A stretch of DNA of 64,000 nucleotides from NCBI RefSeq assembly GCF_006345805.1, contig NC_043005.1:89652001-89716000 (forward strand), in the 5' to 3' direction. The position numbers and the translations under genes were made by a program. The DNA is from Octopus sinensis (Eukaryota). The notes under the pieces were generated by a model. That model worked only from the letters and a program-made list of their open reading frames with translations. It did no database searches and had not been told where the DNA came from. How positions within the stretch are numbered: position 1 is the stretch's first letter; each line of letters starts with the position of its first letter. Below, in pieces: positions 13,732 to 27,670 of this stretch.

Positions 13732-15765
13732 TTTTCAAATCTTATTGACCCCCTCCCATCAAAAGGACAAAAAGTAAAGTCCACTAATGATAATTATAAT
13801 TAATATGAAAGAGAGGCCACAATTGATTAGACTTTGAGAAACATCCAAAATCAGGGTTAGAATGAATGGATTGTTAGAAACTGGTTAATGCTGAACAAAA
13901 CTGTTTTGTAGTATTTAGTGACATCCTTTTTATGTTTTAAGTTCAAATCACACTGAAGTCATCTAAACTCTTCTTCCCTTGTTCCCCTCCAAATGTTTGC
14001 CATTTCTATTAGAAAGCATTATTATTGCTCATTTTCTTTTCTATGTTTGGGATAACATCTCAAAATTTTGTTTGTCCCTGTCATTGTCAACCGTACTTGA
14101 AACTGTGCTTTTATTGATAGCCACAAACACTATATCTAGCATGAATACCCCTGCTGTTGTGGTAATGTACTCCTTCAATCGACTCCCCAAGATCATTATT
14201 ACTGCATGATTACTCATTCTTAATTTTTACATCGTTTACTCTAACGAACATTTATTGGTTTTGCATGAATTCTTAACTCTTTACAAAATGTCATCTTATT
14301 TTCTTACTAATTATTTGTTTTTTTCACACAAGTTGAAAGTATTTCCTTTCTCTGTTCTTGACAATTTTACCATTTTCAGGCTGTAATTTACAAAACAGCT
14401 CTGTTATGGCAAGCTGTCTGCAGTAATTCCTTCAAGACAAATGGCTTGAGACTATTTGGCATTATTTCCAATTTCTTCCCCATAGAACCCAAGTGAATTA
14501 ATTTCAAAGATATCTCTTGAAGAAGAAATAACCGAAATGGTTGCATTAGTCCAACTCTTAACTCAAATGTTGTACCTGCAGTGTTTGTTCTGGCTTTTTC
14601 TGAGATCAAATCCTGCCAAGATCAACTTTATCGGTCATCCTTGTAGGGGTGATGAATTAAAGCACCAGTCAAGATCTGAGCTCAATTCAATCTGGTAATC
14701 AATATTCCCCAAATTTCCTTCCTCGTAAACCAGGTTAGAAATGATCCTCAGACAAAACTCCTTCATTGTTGCTCTTTACATTATGAGTTCAAATCCTAGT
14801 GAGATCAGATTTGTTTTTCATCTCTCTGGGGAGTCAGTTAGGCCCCAGCCAAGTTCTGGAGTTGGTATAATCAATTAAAACTGTCCTCTCCAATTTGTGC
14901 TTAAATTAGAAATTTATTATTATTATATGAAAACTCACAGCTTATTTTGCTGGGTATGATGGAAAGTGTCAGCTGTCCAGAATTGCTGGTGTCAGACAAA
15001 ACCCCACCACCTGGTCCTTGGGTACCCATAACTGTTCCGCATTCAGATTTCTCTATGAAGGACTTCTTTATTCACATTGTTTTTAATTAATCATGCATCA
15101 TCTCATAATTTCAAGATTTAAAAAATGTGATTGTATATTTTTTTAATGACATTGTAAGATAGGTTCAAGAGACCAGATCTGGTCAGTTTGGACATTAAAC
15201 AGGTAGAACAGTTTAGATGCTAAATAGTTAATAGTCCACTCAGTATTAGGGTCAATTCTTGAATTTCAGGAAAATTCCTTCTACCCAGCAGCTTTAGTCC
15301 CCACCCCCAATGAAGGAAAGAGTGTAGCTGCTGCCCTCTTGTCCTTCATTTTGAAAAAAAAATGGGTTTTTTTTTCCTGCATGTTATTTAATTCTAACAA
15401 TTTTCTTTTCTTTGTTTTGTTGTTGTTTTCCCTCACTAATTCTTGTCTTCACAAGTAAACTTTTATTTTTCAGTAAACTAAATCAAACGAAACACATAGA
15501 GATCCATTGAATCTCACAAATGAAAGTCTAAGGTTTGGTCCAGAGCTTATTCTGTCACTGAGGGTTTGTCGGCTGGTTTGGTGGTTGGTCAACCATGTAG
15601 CATTGTTACTGTCACACTTGGTGGCAATAGATGGCATGATGTGGGGGCTTTCATCTATATTTCTATATATATTTCTCTTTTATCATAGATATTTTTCAAC
15701 ACATTACACAAACAAACAATTAGTTAGATATTTAACCAGTTGACTAATAATAAAGGAGTGAAATT

Positions 15766-15812
<47 letters not shown>

Positions 15813-18141
15813 GACCCTCCCATGACAAGATTTGTTTGAACACACACATTCACTTCAGGAGTCTTGCAAACCAGACACAAAAACAAAATAATTCTTTGAT
15901 GTTTTCCTTTATTTCAGTGATAAGTTCCAAAGTTGAAACTCTCCTGTAGTTGCCAAGTTGTGTCTGTTAATCCGGCTTGCTTTAATCTGCCTCCATCCCA
16001 GCTTAAGACTCTAGAAGAGTAGAGTAAAAGACATACAAAATTCAGACATTTGATCAACAGATTCTTGTCTTAATAATCAAATCTTCAAAATTATCTGTCC
16101 ATTTTAGAGTGATCATGAGAAAAAAACCAAAAAAAGCTAAAAGCAAAAAAGAACAAAAAAAGCTAAAAGAGAAAAAGTTGTTTTTTCTTTTTTCTTTGCT
16201 GCTCTTCAAGGGATGGGGGGTGGGTAGAACCCCTGACTCTCATAGACCCTTTGTTACTGGTGAGAGAATGATGGTGTTAATGGTCAGCCTTTTAGATGTA
16301 ATCTGATTTATTTTAAGGTTGTGCTTTCACCAGAACCCTAACCCTCAGTGACAGTGAGGCCCAGCATTTAGAGTAGCTGTAAGGGTTGTGATGTCGTACC
16401 AACATGTTTAGTGGGTGGTGAAGGGGTATTTTCTTGATAGTGTTTCAGGTTTTTTACTGTTAAGAGACAAGGTTGTTGTGGTTGGCCCTGTTAGAGCATG
16501 GTCCCAGAATGTCTTTTCAGGGATTCAATGCAGGTTTGATGTTTGGTGTCTAAGTTGTGTGTGGTGATGTCTGTTAAGAGAATGCTTAGGTGGAATGAAG
16601 GGTCATGTTGTTTGGATGAGAATGTTGTTGGAAGTTTTGGCATTGATGTAGAGGAGGGGGTGGGGAAATGAGGGACAGAATTGACCCCCGAGCATGGTTG
16701 AGGGTCGGGCAGATAGCATGCCATCAACACATGACATAACAGTGCCTTCTGATTTCTACTCGACAAAATATCTTTGTAGGCAGCAAATTTCCTTAACAAG
16801 GACAAACCCTGAAATCATTGACTCTGTATGTCAGCAGTCTTTTGCTCCTTTGAAGTGATCAGTGTCTAAAAGACTTTCTCAACCCCAGAGCTCATTAATT
16901 TCTTGTTATTGGATCCTGTTGAGTTAATTAGCACTGTCTAATTTGGGGCCAACTATGGAACTGTGTATACGTTGAATCTCCAACTACATTCTACACTCAA
17001 CCAATTTTGACCTGTTGACTCCCTTTGATCCCTATTTCACTCTAATGAATTCTTGGAACCATTCACTGTTTAAAAAATTCCTCTTATATTTTTATAATTA
17101 AATATTATATAAAAATATTTAAAATATTTTTTTTTATTGTAGAATCAAGACCAATTTATTATTTATTAATTTTATGCCCCCCCCCCCCAGGTCATATGAA
17201 CTTTGGCTGAGAATCCCTGCTCTTAATCTTTGCTATAAGTTTACCTGAAAAGTTAAGATTATGCTATTATTTATACAAGGACAAACTCAAAACAATGGGA
17301 ATATGGAGTTATTCATTCCATTATAGATTGTATTCTTTGCACCACAACAAAAGTTTCTCCATTTTTTTCTTCTTTGTTGTCTCAATTATCCTTTCTATCA
17401 ACTTTCCCACACAGCCATTTTTTAAAAAAACTGCTTTCTTTCTTCCAAATTCTTCATTTCATTCTTTTGAACTCCTTCTTCAAACTTATTTTTTCGTTCA
17501 CAATATCCAATTTCGACATTTTTTTTTTTACTTTTTATCTTAGAGTAAAATAGGTTCTTTCTTTCTTTCCTTTCTTCCTGGCAATCCCCACTACCACCAC
17601 TCTCCATCCAAAATTGAACTGGCCCTGGATTAATCCCTTGCATGTGGTATTAAAATAAATCTTTATTCTTGGGTTTACTCACATGTGTCAAGACACATGT
17701 ATGTACAAAGGGCCACTTTTATCTATCTTATTACTTTGTCATTTGATTGGGAAAAGGAATTAATTCTGCTCTTTAGGACCTAATTTTACTCTTTCAGTTA
17801 AACATTCAAACCAGACTTTTCACGTGTCTTAAAAACAAAAGATTATATCTTTTATTGTTTGTTTTATTTAGTTAATAAAGTCAGTCCCATGAATTTTCCT
17901 TTTTTTTTTTTTTTTCGTTGAATACAAATGGTAAATTGTTTGCAAAAGACAAATATTTCTCCTGAGTCTTAATCTTGGAAGTGTGGAGAGAATTAAAATG
18001 ACATTTAAATTTCAGTGTTTTCTAAAAGTTATTACTATTTGTGTGATAATTGTAATCATTAAAAAACAAATTGCATTTAAAAATTAACTGTTGCCTTAAT
18101 TTCTCATATTGTGTATTGTAGAATTTACAGTCTTGCAAATA

Positions 18142-18689
18142 TTAGGTTGTCCGGAAAGTTCTGACCTTTGTTTTTAATTTGCGGAAAGTGATATATTTCA
18201 TGAACCATGCTTTTAGAAATTTCCAGCTCCTCTGCAAGTTCCCTCATTGTCATATTTGAGTTTCCTTTGATTTTTGCCATCAAAACATCTTCATCCCATT
18301 TTGAAGGTCTTCCTCTCTGCAACTGTCATCTTCCAAGCCAAACTCTCCAGCTTGAAATTTTGCAAACCACCTTCAAACAGTTAATTCACCTACAACATCA
18401 TCATCACCGTAATCTTCACAAATGTTTTTGCAAGTCTTTGCAACATTTTCTCCTTTTTTAAAAATGAAAAGCATTACAATGCGAATATGAAATTTTGGGT
18501 TCTCCATTTCAAATGTCAATAAAGGGGAATCAGAATGAAGGATAAATCTGTTTTTAATCAAGAACAAAGAAGAGATGCACCACCACTTCAAGCAATGCCA
18601 AAGTTTTAACTGTGTTACGTTTCAGGTGTGTTCAATGAAGTGTTAATGGATTTAGCTTGAAAACACTCAGAACTTTCCGGATAACCTAA
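18142..18689 (-). mobile_element. Internally deleted mariner (Tc1/mariner) element
   Basis: 23-bp TIRs ttaggtt(g/a)tccggaaagttctga with one mismatch, TA on both sides; broken ORF encodes mariner N-terminal HTH regions (MENPKFHIRIVMLFIFKKG..., RGRPSK...TMRELAEELEISKSMV); no DDD domain. Confidence 0.9.
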
Positions 18690-18880
18690 TACAGTGTAAA
18701 GATCATTTATTCAAATATGCTTAACACACACACAAACACTCACTCATTTTCAATAATGGTTGAAGTAATTGTTCTCTGATCTCTTGTGTTTTGAAGAATT
18801 AGTGAGTTTCAAAGATGTCCACTACAATATATTCTTGCATCTTAGTCCATCATCTTAATTTTTTTCTGTCTTTTTTGCAG

Positions 18881-18981
18881 ACCTGAAGAATGAACCTTAC
18901 AGACGAGCGGATGCTTATCGACGGAGTCAGAGGCGCCGTGTGGAGGGCCTTATGCCATCTGGAAGAAGTGATGCATGCTGA
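18881..18981 (+). CDS. FMNL: Formin-like protein, terminal coding exon (DAD basic region)
   Basis: ttttttgcag|AC completes D; DLKNEPYRRADAYRRSQRRRVEGLMPSGRSDAC-TGA, closely resembling the Frl 'LKSEPYRRADAVRRSQRRR' tail. Confidence 0.92.
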
Positions 18982-19272
18982 TCAGTAAATAATTTGTAGT
19001 CATTATCACCACTACCACAGTAACAATAATGCCGGGAGGAGGAGAGGGGACGCCGATGATGATGATGATGACAATGATGATGCCTGAGGCATTTAGTTTG
19101 TTTTTTTTGTTGTTGTTGTCTTCATCGTCACAACTTTTTTTATTTTAATTTGAACCATCATCACCAAATTCATATTTCTGTGTTTAAACTCGTTAAGGCA
19201 AACTCATTAGTCGTCTTGATGAGACACTCATATATGTACATACACACACCGACATATATGCACATACATAGA

Positions 19273-19310
<38 letters not shown>

Positions 19311-22300
19311 CATACACACACACACACGCACAGATGTGTATGTGTGTGTGTGTGTGTGTGCATATATATGTGTGTATGTGGATGTCCCCACAGCATGGGA
19401 GTGTTATGTTCCTGAAAGTCTTACCTTAATGTGTAATTCCCTAATGAGAAATAGATTTAACATTGTGGAATTAGGCGCTATGGCAAGATTTTCTGCTATG
19501 CAACTCTCCCCTGCTGCAGGGGGGGAATGCTTGTTTAAACATACACGTGTATGTGAGTGTGTGTGTGTGTGTGTATGTATATATATATATATGTATATAT
19601 ACATACATACACACGCACACACATACACCTATTATACATACATGCACATACCCATTACTTGTCATTCTTTATTTTCATTTGGAACTAAATGACTACTCAT
19701 ACACCAGAAGATCGCCATCTGGTCCAAAATATACCCTCCCACAAACACACACACACATATATATACATTCACCTTTAATAACTGTCCTGTTTGTGATTTC
19801 TGTAATCATATACAATTAGGTCTCTATTCTGGTCAAACTCACCCTCGTAGGTGTCCTTCGTGATTTTCTCTAGTCAAGTCACCCTAGTCAATGCGATTTC
19901 AGCTTGTTTTTTTGAAACAGGCTTGATTCTTCCTTTTCTGTGGCCGGATGCCTCTCCTTAATTCGTGTCAGTTTTCCATTTGAAATCCTTGTCTTTTCAA
20001 ACATGGCTCTCACTACTGACAACTACAAACTTTTTCTGCTTCATTTGTACGACGTTTTAAGAAATCCATATTAATTTATTTTTTACTAGCCAACATTTTC
20101 TTGTTCTCTGTCTGCCATTTCAAGCTAGTACTGCAGGAGACCAAATTCTGCCCTGGAAGAAATTTGCCTGTGTATATACTTTGAAATGTAATGAAGTTTA
20201 CCATTAAAATGCCAAAAAAATAAATAAAACTGAAAAAAGAAACCAACCAACTCAAAAAAAAAAATGGATTCTGGTAATAACATCAGCACAGAACGTCTTT
20301 GGTTTTGTGATTTCATTCATTCTTCCATATCTTTGTTGTTGTTTTTGAAATTTTTTGCTTTTTCAAGGAATTCTAAGAATTGAATAGTTTTGTTTTTGTT
20401 TTTTTTTTTGAAGTTTTTGTTTTGTTTTGTTTTGTTGTTTTGTATTTCGAAAGAGAAGATCTTGATAAATATTTCCTTATTGTATTATTATTATTATTAT
20501 TCCATCTCGGTTTGATGCCGCCAGACCTTGAAAAGGTTGTCCTCTTGAAATAGTTTCCTTCAATGTAGTAACTTCTTTTTTAAACTTCATTCCAGACATT
20601 TATTTATTTTTAATTATTTTTTGTTACTTTGTTTTGTATATTTTTATCCCCCCTCCCCAAATTCCTAATATCAATCTGTTTTCCTAGCCCCTAATCCTCC
20701 CCTAATATCAATGACAATTGTATGGTTTTGATCTTCCTTTCATCCCTGCCATTTTTTGCTTCCTTTTGTTTTTTTTGTTTATTTTGTATTTATGTCTCTC
20801 TCTCTATGTTATAAAACATCAGCTGTTTGTGACAAATACATTTATTGTGAGGATCCAACTCGTGTTTTTTTTGTTTTCTTCTCTCCAAAGATTTTGCTTT
20901 TCTTTGTGTCCTTTCAATTCCAGTAGCTTTTTTTTTTTTTTTTTTTCTGTGAATTTTCGTTTGCTTTCATCTTCATCACTGCCAACCAACAGTCCCAGAG
21001 TTTCAGAAATTGTTCTTTCGAAATGTCTCCAAATAATATGGGGCCATTCCAAACTCCAAACACCTTACCACCAACACAACTAGTCAACTGAAAAACTCTA
21101 GTTTAGGCAGATCCCGAGAAAGGGTTGGTTATTTATTGCAGTACCTGACCACATTCTGGTATGAACTAGTCAACTAGTAACCTTCAGGTAAAACTGTTCT
21201 TTACAAGCGTCTCGTTGTCACATCTGCCAGTGGAATAGCTTAGATAGACGCATCCAATAAAACACCAGTCTGGTTGTCACCTTGTTTTAACAGGATTAGA
21301 TTAACAGGAACCCTTAGCCAGAGATGTGTCACAATCAATAAGACATCTTCTTCCAGGAACTTTGAGATCCCTTAATCAACAGAGACCAATGTTTAGAATA
21401 TATTTTTTTGACAACATTGAAGTAAATATGGTCTCCATGAAACATTGTGACCTCTTCCCTTCAAAACAGAAGAAGACGGAACTAGAATCGGTTCATTTGT
21501 CTTGGTTGGGAGAAATTTCTTCAGGTAAATGAAATTCTCCAAAAGCTGGAATGGAAACAAAACATTTCTTTTTTCACTTTGCTTGCTCTCTTGTGTGTGT
21601 TTTTTAAAATTTCTGTAGAAAACTTGCCCCTCCATTTTTTTTTGTCATGTTAGTGTTTTAATTAATGTTTTGAAATTAAGTTTAGCTTGATTGAATGTTT
21701 TGTGTTGCTTTCAAATTAACACCAGATTTCTGGTGGTTTGTCTCTTAAATTCTGGTGCAAAATGCCATGGTGCAACCATTTTTGCATCAACTGCATGCTG
21801 TGTTTATTCCAGTTGTTTGTCAATGTTGTAAACATTACATAACAAAGTTATTAACATTTAATCAAGAATTTTTAATGTCTTTACTGTTGTTGTTATTGTT
21901 GTCTTAATTACAGCATCTTGATGCTGTGGCGGAAACCATTCTTCTGCCTTTAACTCTTTGCTTGGAAATAATGTTTTAGCAATAATAAGTTTTATATACA
22001 ACAGTGAGTATGTAGGAATTTCAGAAAGCTTTATTTATCTCTGGAAGTTGCACCTGAGTTTAGAGAATGGCCATTAGCACCAGGAAAGGCATCAGCACCC
22101 CAACTTCTACTCTTGTCCTTCGTAAACCTGGAGTTTCCTGTTAAAAAAGAGAGAAAAAGATATTCTAGTTTTTAGTTTTGATGGTGGTGGTTACAGTAGG
22201 CACCACTGGAAGTGATAAACTGAGTCTAGAACTCATTTTTTGATTCTGTTGTGACTGTTTTGACTTCTGATGAAAGTAGAATGTCAAGATCGGAATTTTT

Positions 22301-25300
22301 TTTTTATTCCATAAAACTTTGGTTTACAGATATTCTGGTGTGAGGAAATGGTGGATGGACCATTGCACATCTGAGAATGAACCTTTTAGGAAATACCTAG
22401 AAAATGTAGACAAAAAATAATTCTATATATTATTATAAAAATGATTATTTGTTACTTTGAAATAATGAATTTATCTGTTAATTAAAAATCTAATATTCAT
22501 TAATCTGGTTACATGTATTTTGGGTTTTGAAATTGGAATCTTAACCTTTGAGTGTTTGGAAGTGGTTCTGAGATGAATTATTTGTGGGGTGGGGTATTAG
22601 GCTGTTTAAGTGTTTATGAATAATTAATATTTCACTGCTAATGAAGTCTTTTTTATTGGTTACAATTAACGAACTTGTTTTTCCTTGCTTCATTCTACAA
22701 AATTAGACACAACCAACCAAGCATTGTTTTCTAATTTTGGTAACTTTTAAGTAATTGACAACTGAATAGTCCACCAAATTAACTTCAAACTACTTCTTTC
22801 AGACAACAGTGTTTAACTGAAAGTGGCTTCAATTGTACAAATGCTAATCTGTTGACTACATGGTCAAGAGTTCAAACCTTACTGTAGCCATTGTGCTGTG
22901 CCCCTAGTTAAGGGACATCAATCTGTCTAACCTTTTAGCTTTCAGATTACTCTGTCAAATGATGCTTATTTATTCACACTGGTTTGTATTCATCAAGCAT
23001 TATCTCATAGCTTCAAGATTTCATTTGATGTGATTGCTTTATCCTGAAAATGACATTGTAGGGTAGGTGTGAGAGGCTGGATCTGGTCAGTTTGAATGCA
23101 AAGTAGATTGAGTATTTTGGCCAGATATGGTCAGTTTAAAGCGCTAAAGGGCAAAAGTTGTTAGATATACAACAACAATAGAAGGTGGTGTCTTATTATT
23201 TGTCCTTTCAGCAAAATAAAGTTAACAAAGTTTAACTTTCTTGTATTATCAGGAAACTTTCATAACTCTATAAATTTTCTAGATCTTTCCATCCAAAGTT
23301 CTCAAATTAAAAATTTAAACTGATGATAATTGAAATGAAGGGGAATTGTCAGTATTAAACTCTGAACCCTTTATATAACCCGGTCTCAGCTTGTTGGCCC
23401 TCATTTTTCTAGTCCAGGCTCTTCTTAGCTTTATAGTAATATTTTTTTCTTTTAAACTGACATAGGAAATGGTCTGAATAGACTGTCTTCTTCCAGTCGA
23501 AGTGTTTCTCTCTTCTCTTTCCATATTTCTAATGGGATTCTCTGTGTTTCAGGGAATTTTGAAAATCAACCATTTGCAATTGGGATTTAATTAAATGACT
23601 TTGTTCATTTCGTGCTACATTAATCTGATGTTTAGAACTTAACAAAAGATCTTCACATAAAAATATGAACGTTAGGTGAGGGGTTTTTTTATCAAAAGAA
23701 CCTGGGTGCCACGAGGAATTATTCTGCCATTTTTTTCTTTCCACCAGTCAGTTAGTTCTATTTATTTCAGAATGTGGCATGAAGGATTCCTAAATTGTCA
23801 TTCTTCTGAAATCTCTTCTTTGCTTCTCTCATTTTCTGTTCTGTTTTACATTTAATCTATATTTTGCATTTTTGTGGTTAGACTCTCAGACAGAATTGTG
23901 ATCATCTTTGCTGCCAAATGAAATTCGTTTCCATTGATCTGGCTCAGTTATTTTCTCAGTTATGTTAGGACTTGTTCTCAAATCTCTGAAATTATTCTCT
24001 GTGAAAGAGAAAAGAAAATTGACAAAGTTCCTTCTGTTGATTATTTTTTTCATTGTTTTCATTCATCAAAGAATTTTGTTTCCATCAGTATTATTGCTAT
24101 GATTATGAGTGTCATGATTATCATTAGTGTTGAAGGGGAAATGAAGAAATATTATTGCAGTAACACACCTGATTCCTTTCAATTGCCAATTTCCATGGTA
24201 AAACCATTCCCTTCATTTGCTAAGCGTCTTGGTAAAAAAAGAAAAATAACCCTTCATTATTTCCATTCCTGTTTTTCTTTTGTAAATTACAGGTTTGTGT
24301 CTCCATATCTAAGACCTCTTTTTACTGGATCTGATACCCTCCCCCATCACACAGTATTACAGCTCTCTGATGCCAAAATTTTCTGTCTTGTCTAGCATCA
24401 AAGACCTTTTGTTCTCTTCTCAATGTACAAGTTCTGATTCTTTTGTCAGTATTATCTCACCAATTTGCATTTAGTTTCTTGATGACCAAACAATGTTGGC
24501 AGCTACCCCCAACCCTGTCTCACACTGATAAACTGGATCATCAAGATCTTCATTAAACCCGCAAAAGTTCATCTCTTCAAATGGAAATCAAAACTAAAGA
24601 TTAAAAAAAAAAAAAATTTTCAAAATTTTATTTTTAAAAAAATCAAATTTTTTAAAAATTAAATTTTGTTTCAGAGAGAAAAAAAAAAGCAAAACTTTAT
24701 CTTTTCTCAAAACTAAATATATGTGTATGTGTGTGTGATTCTATGCTGGGATATGTCTCGTTCTCTTGGCTATCCATTTCTATATTACTTTTTCATGCTT
24801 AATTATCTGTAAAATTGTGATATTATTACTATCATTATTATTACTGTTATCATTATTATTATTGTTGTTGCTGTTCGTAGTGGTGAAATGGGGAAACAGT
24901 TGTGCAGCATGGATGTATTGTGGAGTTACTGTTTGTTGCTACGCATGGTGTTGCCATTGCTCATGGGCTGACATGGTCTTACTCTGACTGCTGCTCTTGC
25001 TTTATCTAGAGAAGGTAAGCTCCCCACCCCCAGACCCCTACATGTCACATGTAGCCATGAGTAAACTCCAAAGCCACGGCAGTAACTACATTAACAGACA
25101 AAGCTTCACAGAATGGCTCCAATTTAGAAACGATGAGAGTGCCACCACCTCAACACGCTGCCTTCCTGGCTCTGTATGTAAGTCCTGCGACCTAACAAAC
25201 AGCGTAGACATCTAATACAGACACTAGCTCTGACCTGTTCCACTCCACAGGCCTAGTTAAATGACACTATATTTGTCGGCCATAAGGTGAGCTGCTCTTC

Positions 25301-26499
25301 TACAATTTCCTTTAAACTCTCCCACCTTCTTATCTTCTCTCCCTCTTTGGCTATTTAACATCACTTTGATTTCTCTTAAACAACGACAAAAATATAAAGA
25401 AAACCTGTTTTTTCTTTACTTATCCTTGACCCTTATTTATCAACTTTTATCTTAATTTCTTCTTCTTTGCCAAAATCTTCTTTTTCCAAATAAACTAAAC
25501 ACATCTCTCTCTCTCTCTCTCTCTCTACTTTGGGTCTAAAATGTTCACCTCTCTTTCTGTGTTTCCTTCCCTCAAATGACCAATTCCTGAATTCCTTACC
25601 TAATTCTTCCTTAATTGCTTCTCCTTGTCATTTATTCCTTTTCCCATAAAACTGCACATTTTTTCTTGTTTTGCTTTTCTAAACAGTCATTTGTTTTACC
25701 CAAACCTCTTCCAATTCTTTACTTTCATGATTTAAGGACCATTATTACTCTTTCCCTTTTTCTCCCATTTTTTTTTTGTATTTAATCTGTCTCTCAGTAT
25801 TGGTTATAGAACTTATTCTCTGGTGCTGAACTCTAACATAATGGTCAGCTTTAATTGTAAGACGATAACAATGAGAATTGTCTCAACTAATCACAAATTT
25901 ATTTTCTTTGTTTTCAACCAGTTTCGTCTTCCTCAAAAAATAATTTTTTCTCTTTTCATCGATAGAAATGTTATCTTTTAGTTGGCAAAGTAATTTTAGA
26001 ATCAAATTCTTGTAGCAATTTGATTCTGTGATTGGTTTTGATTGTTTAAAATCATTTCACTTCTATTACTAATGCTCCAGGGGAAACCCAAATTCCTATT
26101 TCTACATAAAATGGTAGTGCCAGGATTTGGAGAAAATAGTGATTTCCTGTGAAAATTTGTTATCATCATCTCCATCTGAACAGCTTGAAGGATTGGAGGA
26201 GTTTTTTGCCTTACCACAATTTGATTGCCTTATTGGAGTCTTATTTTAAAATACAATCCTCCTTTGTCCTGTTGAAGAATTCTGGGCTTCCAACTCCTTA
26301 TTTTTCTGCTTAGTGAATTCTGTAATATTCCTGGTCTTTCCAATGAAAGACTAAATAGTCATCCATTTGGCAAAAAAATTGTTTGCTAATTGTTTTACTA
26401 AGTAAACACTATCATTATTATTATTATTATTATTTAAAATTCTGCTCTAGATTATTTTCCTCTCTTCATTTCATTGATGAATGTCTTTCTAGTCAACAA

Positions 26500-26780
26500 A
26501 TTATTTACAATTGACGGACATTTGTCCTCATCTTGTTTGTTGTTAACTCAATGTTTCAGCTGATATACCCTCCAGCCTTCATCAGGTGTCTTGGGGAAAT
26601 TTCGAACTTGGGTTCTCATTCCTAAGGTATTTTTTGATGTTATTATTATTATTCAGGTCACTGCCTGGAATCAAACTCGTAATCTTGGGGTTAGTAGCCC
26701 GCACCCTTAACCACTACACCATATGCCCCTAGATAATGTAAATAATGTACATAATTCCTATCTCTTAAATATAGAACTGT
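26500..26780 (-). mobile_element. Penelope-type pLTR relic with a decayed hammerhead motif at 26545-26590
   Basis: Minus strand gacac-CTGATGA-aggctgg..tcagct-GAAAC-att; helix III and the cleavage site are mutated. Confidence 0.55.
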
Positions 26781-27004
26781 AGTCAACAAATGTTGCCCAT
26801 TTCAGAAGTTTCTCTGCCAAACTTCATCAAACAACCAAACACTTTCTTCACTCATTTGGTTAATTTATTAATTATATCACCTCATAATTAATTGCTGTAA
26901 CACATCTTTTACAGCAAATAGTTTTGGCATTGAATTCCTGTGGTTTTGATGCCTCCTTTCAACCACTCAAGTTGCTAAGATGGGAAACTTCAGTGTTTTC
27001 GACG

Positions 27005-27038
<34 letters not shown>

Positions 27039-27220
27039 AACACACACTTACACATATATACATAGACACAGATAATAGAGCTAGATATGTTCAGTATAGA
27101 AAACATGTGGTAGTGCTCAAATTGTGTTTATCTACATCATTACTTTATATATATATTTCGTTTTTGGATTTGGTTTGCAAGATTCTTTATTTGAGTTCGT
27201 GTGTTGAAGCATATTCTGTT

Positions 27221-27502
27221 GTGTCTGGGGAGAGTCATTTTCTTTTTGTGCCTTATAATGTAACACACTCACCGATAAAATTTCCACTTATTTCTTATTT
27301 TTATTTTCCTAAAATTTTCATTGCATATTGCAACCTTTTTAATTATCTTGCAAGTTGATCAGATCAACCCCAGTGTGAAGACTATTGAATAGGTTACAAG
27401 ATGCAACGAAAATTTTAGGAAAATAAGAAAATAGTGGAAATTTTACCAGTGAGTGTGTTAAATAATAAGGCACAAAAAGAAAATGACTCTCCCCGGACAC
27501 AA
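27221..27502. repeat. Imperfect inverted repeat, ~125-bp arms
   Basis: gtgtctggggagagtcattttctttttgtgcc... versus ...ggcacaaaaagaaaatgactctccccggacac. Confidence 0.85.
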
Positions 27503-27504
27503 AA

Positions 27505-27557
<53 letters not shown>

Positions 27558-27670
27558 GTGAGTGTGTGAATATATATTTATATAAATAACGATAAGATCG
27601 TTATTTAAAACACTGATCATATCAAGTGGCTAGCATGGGAATAAAAAATCTCATAGGTAATATTTATTAT

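Noticed and set aside
16300-16810. 104-aa minus-strand ORF
   Set aside because: Probably a very decayed retroelement piece; no motif or splice support, so not called
19150-19819. Several 60-180 aa ORFs
   Set aside because: Translations of (TA)n/(TG)n/(CA)n microsatellites
23934-24395. 153-aa ORF
   Set aside because: Non-ATG start, composition typical of AT-rich non-coding DNA, no recognisable domain
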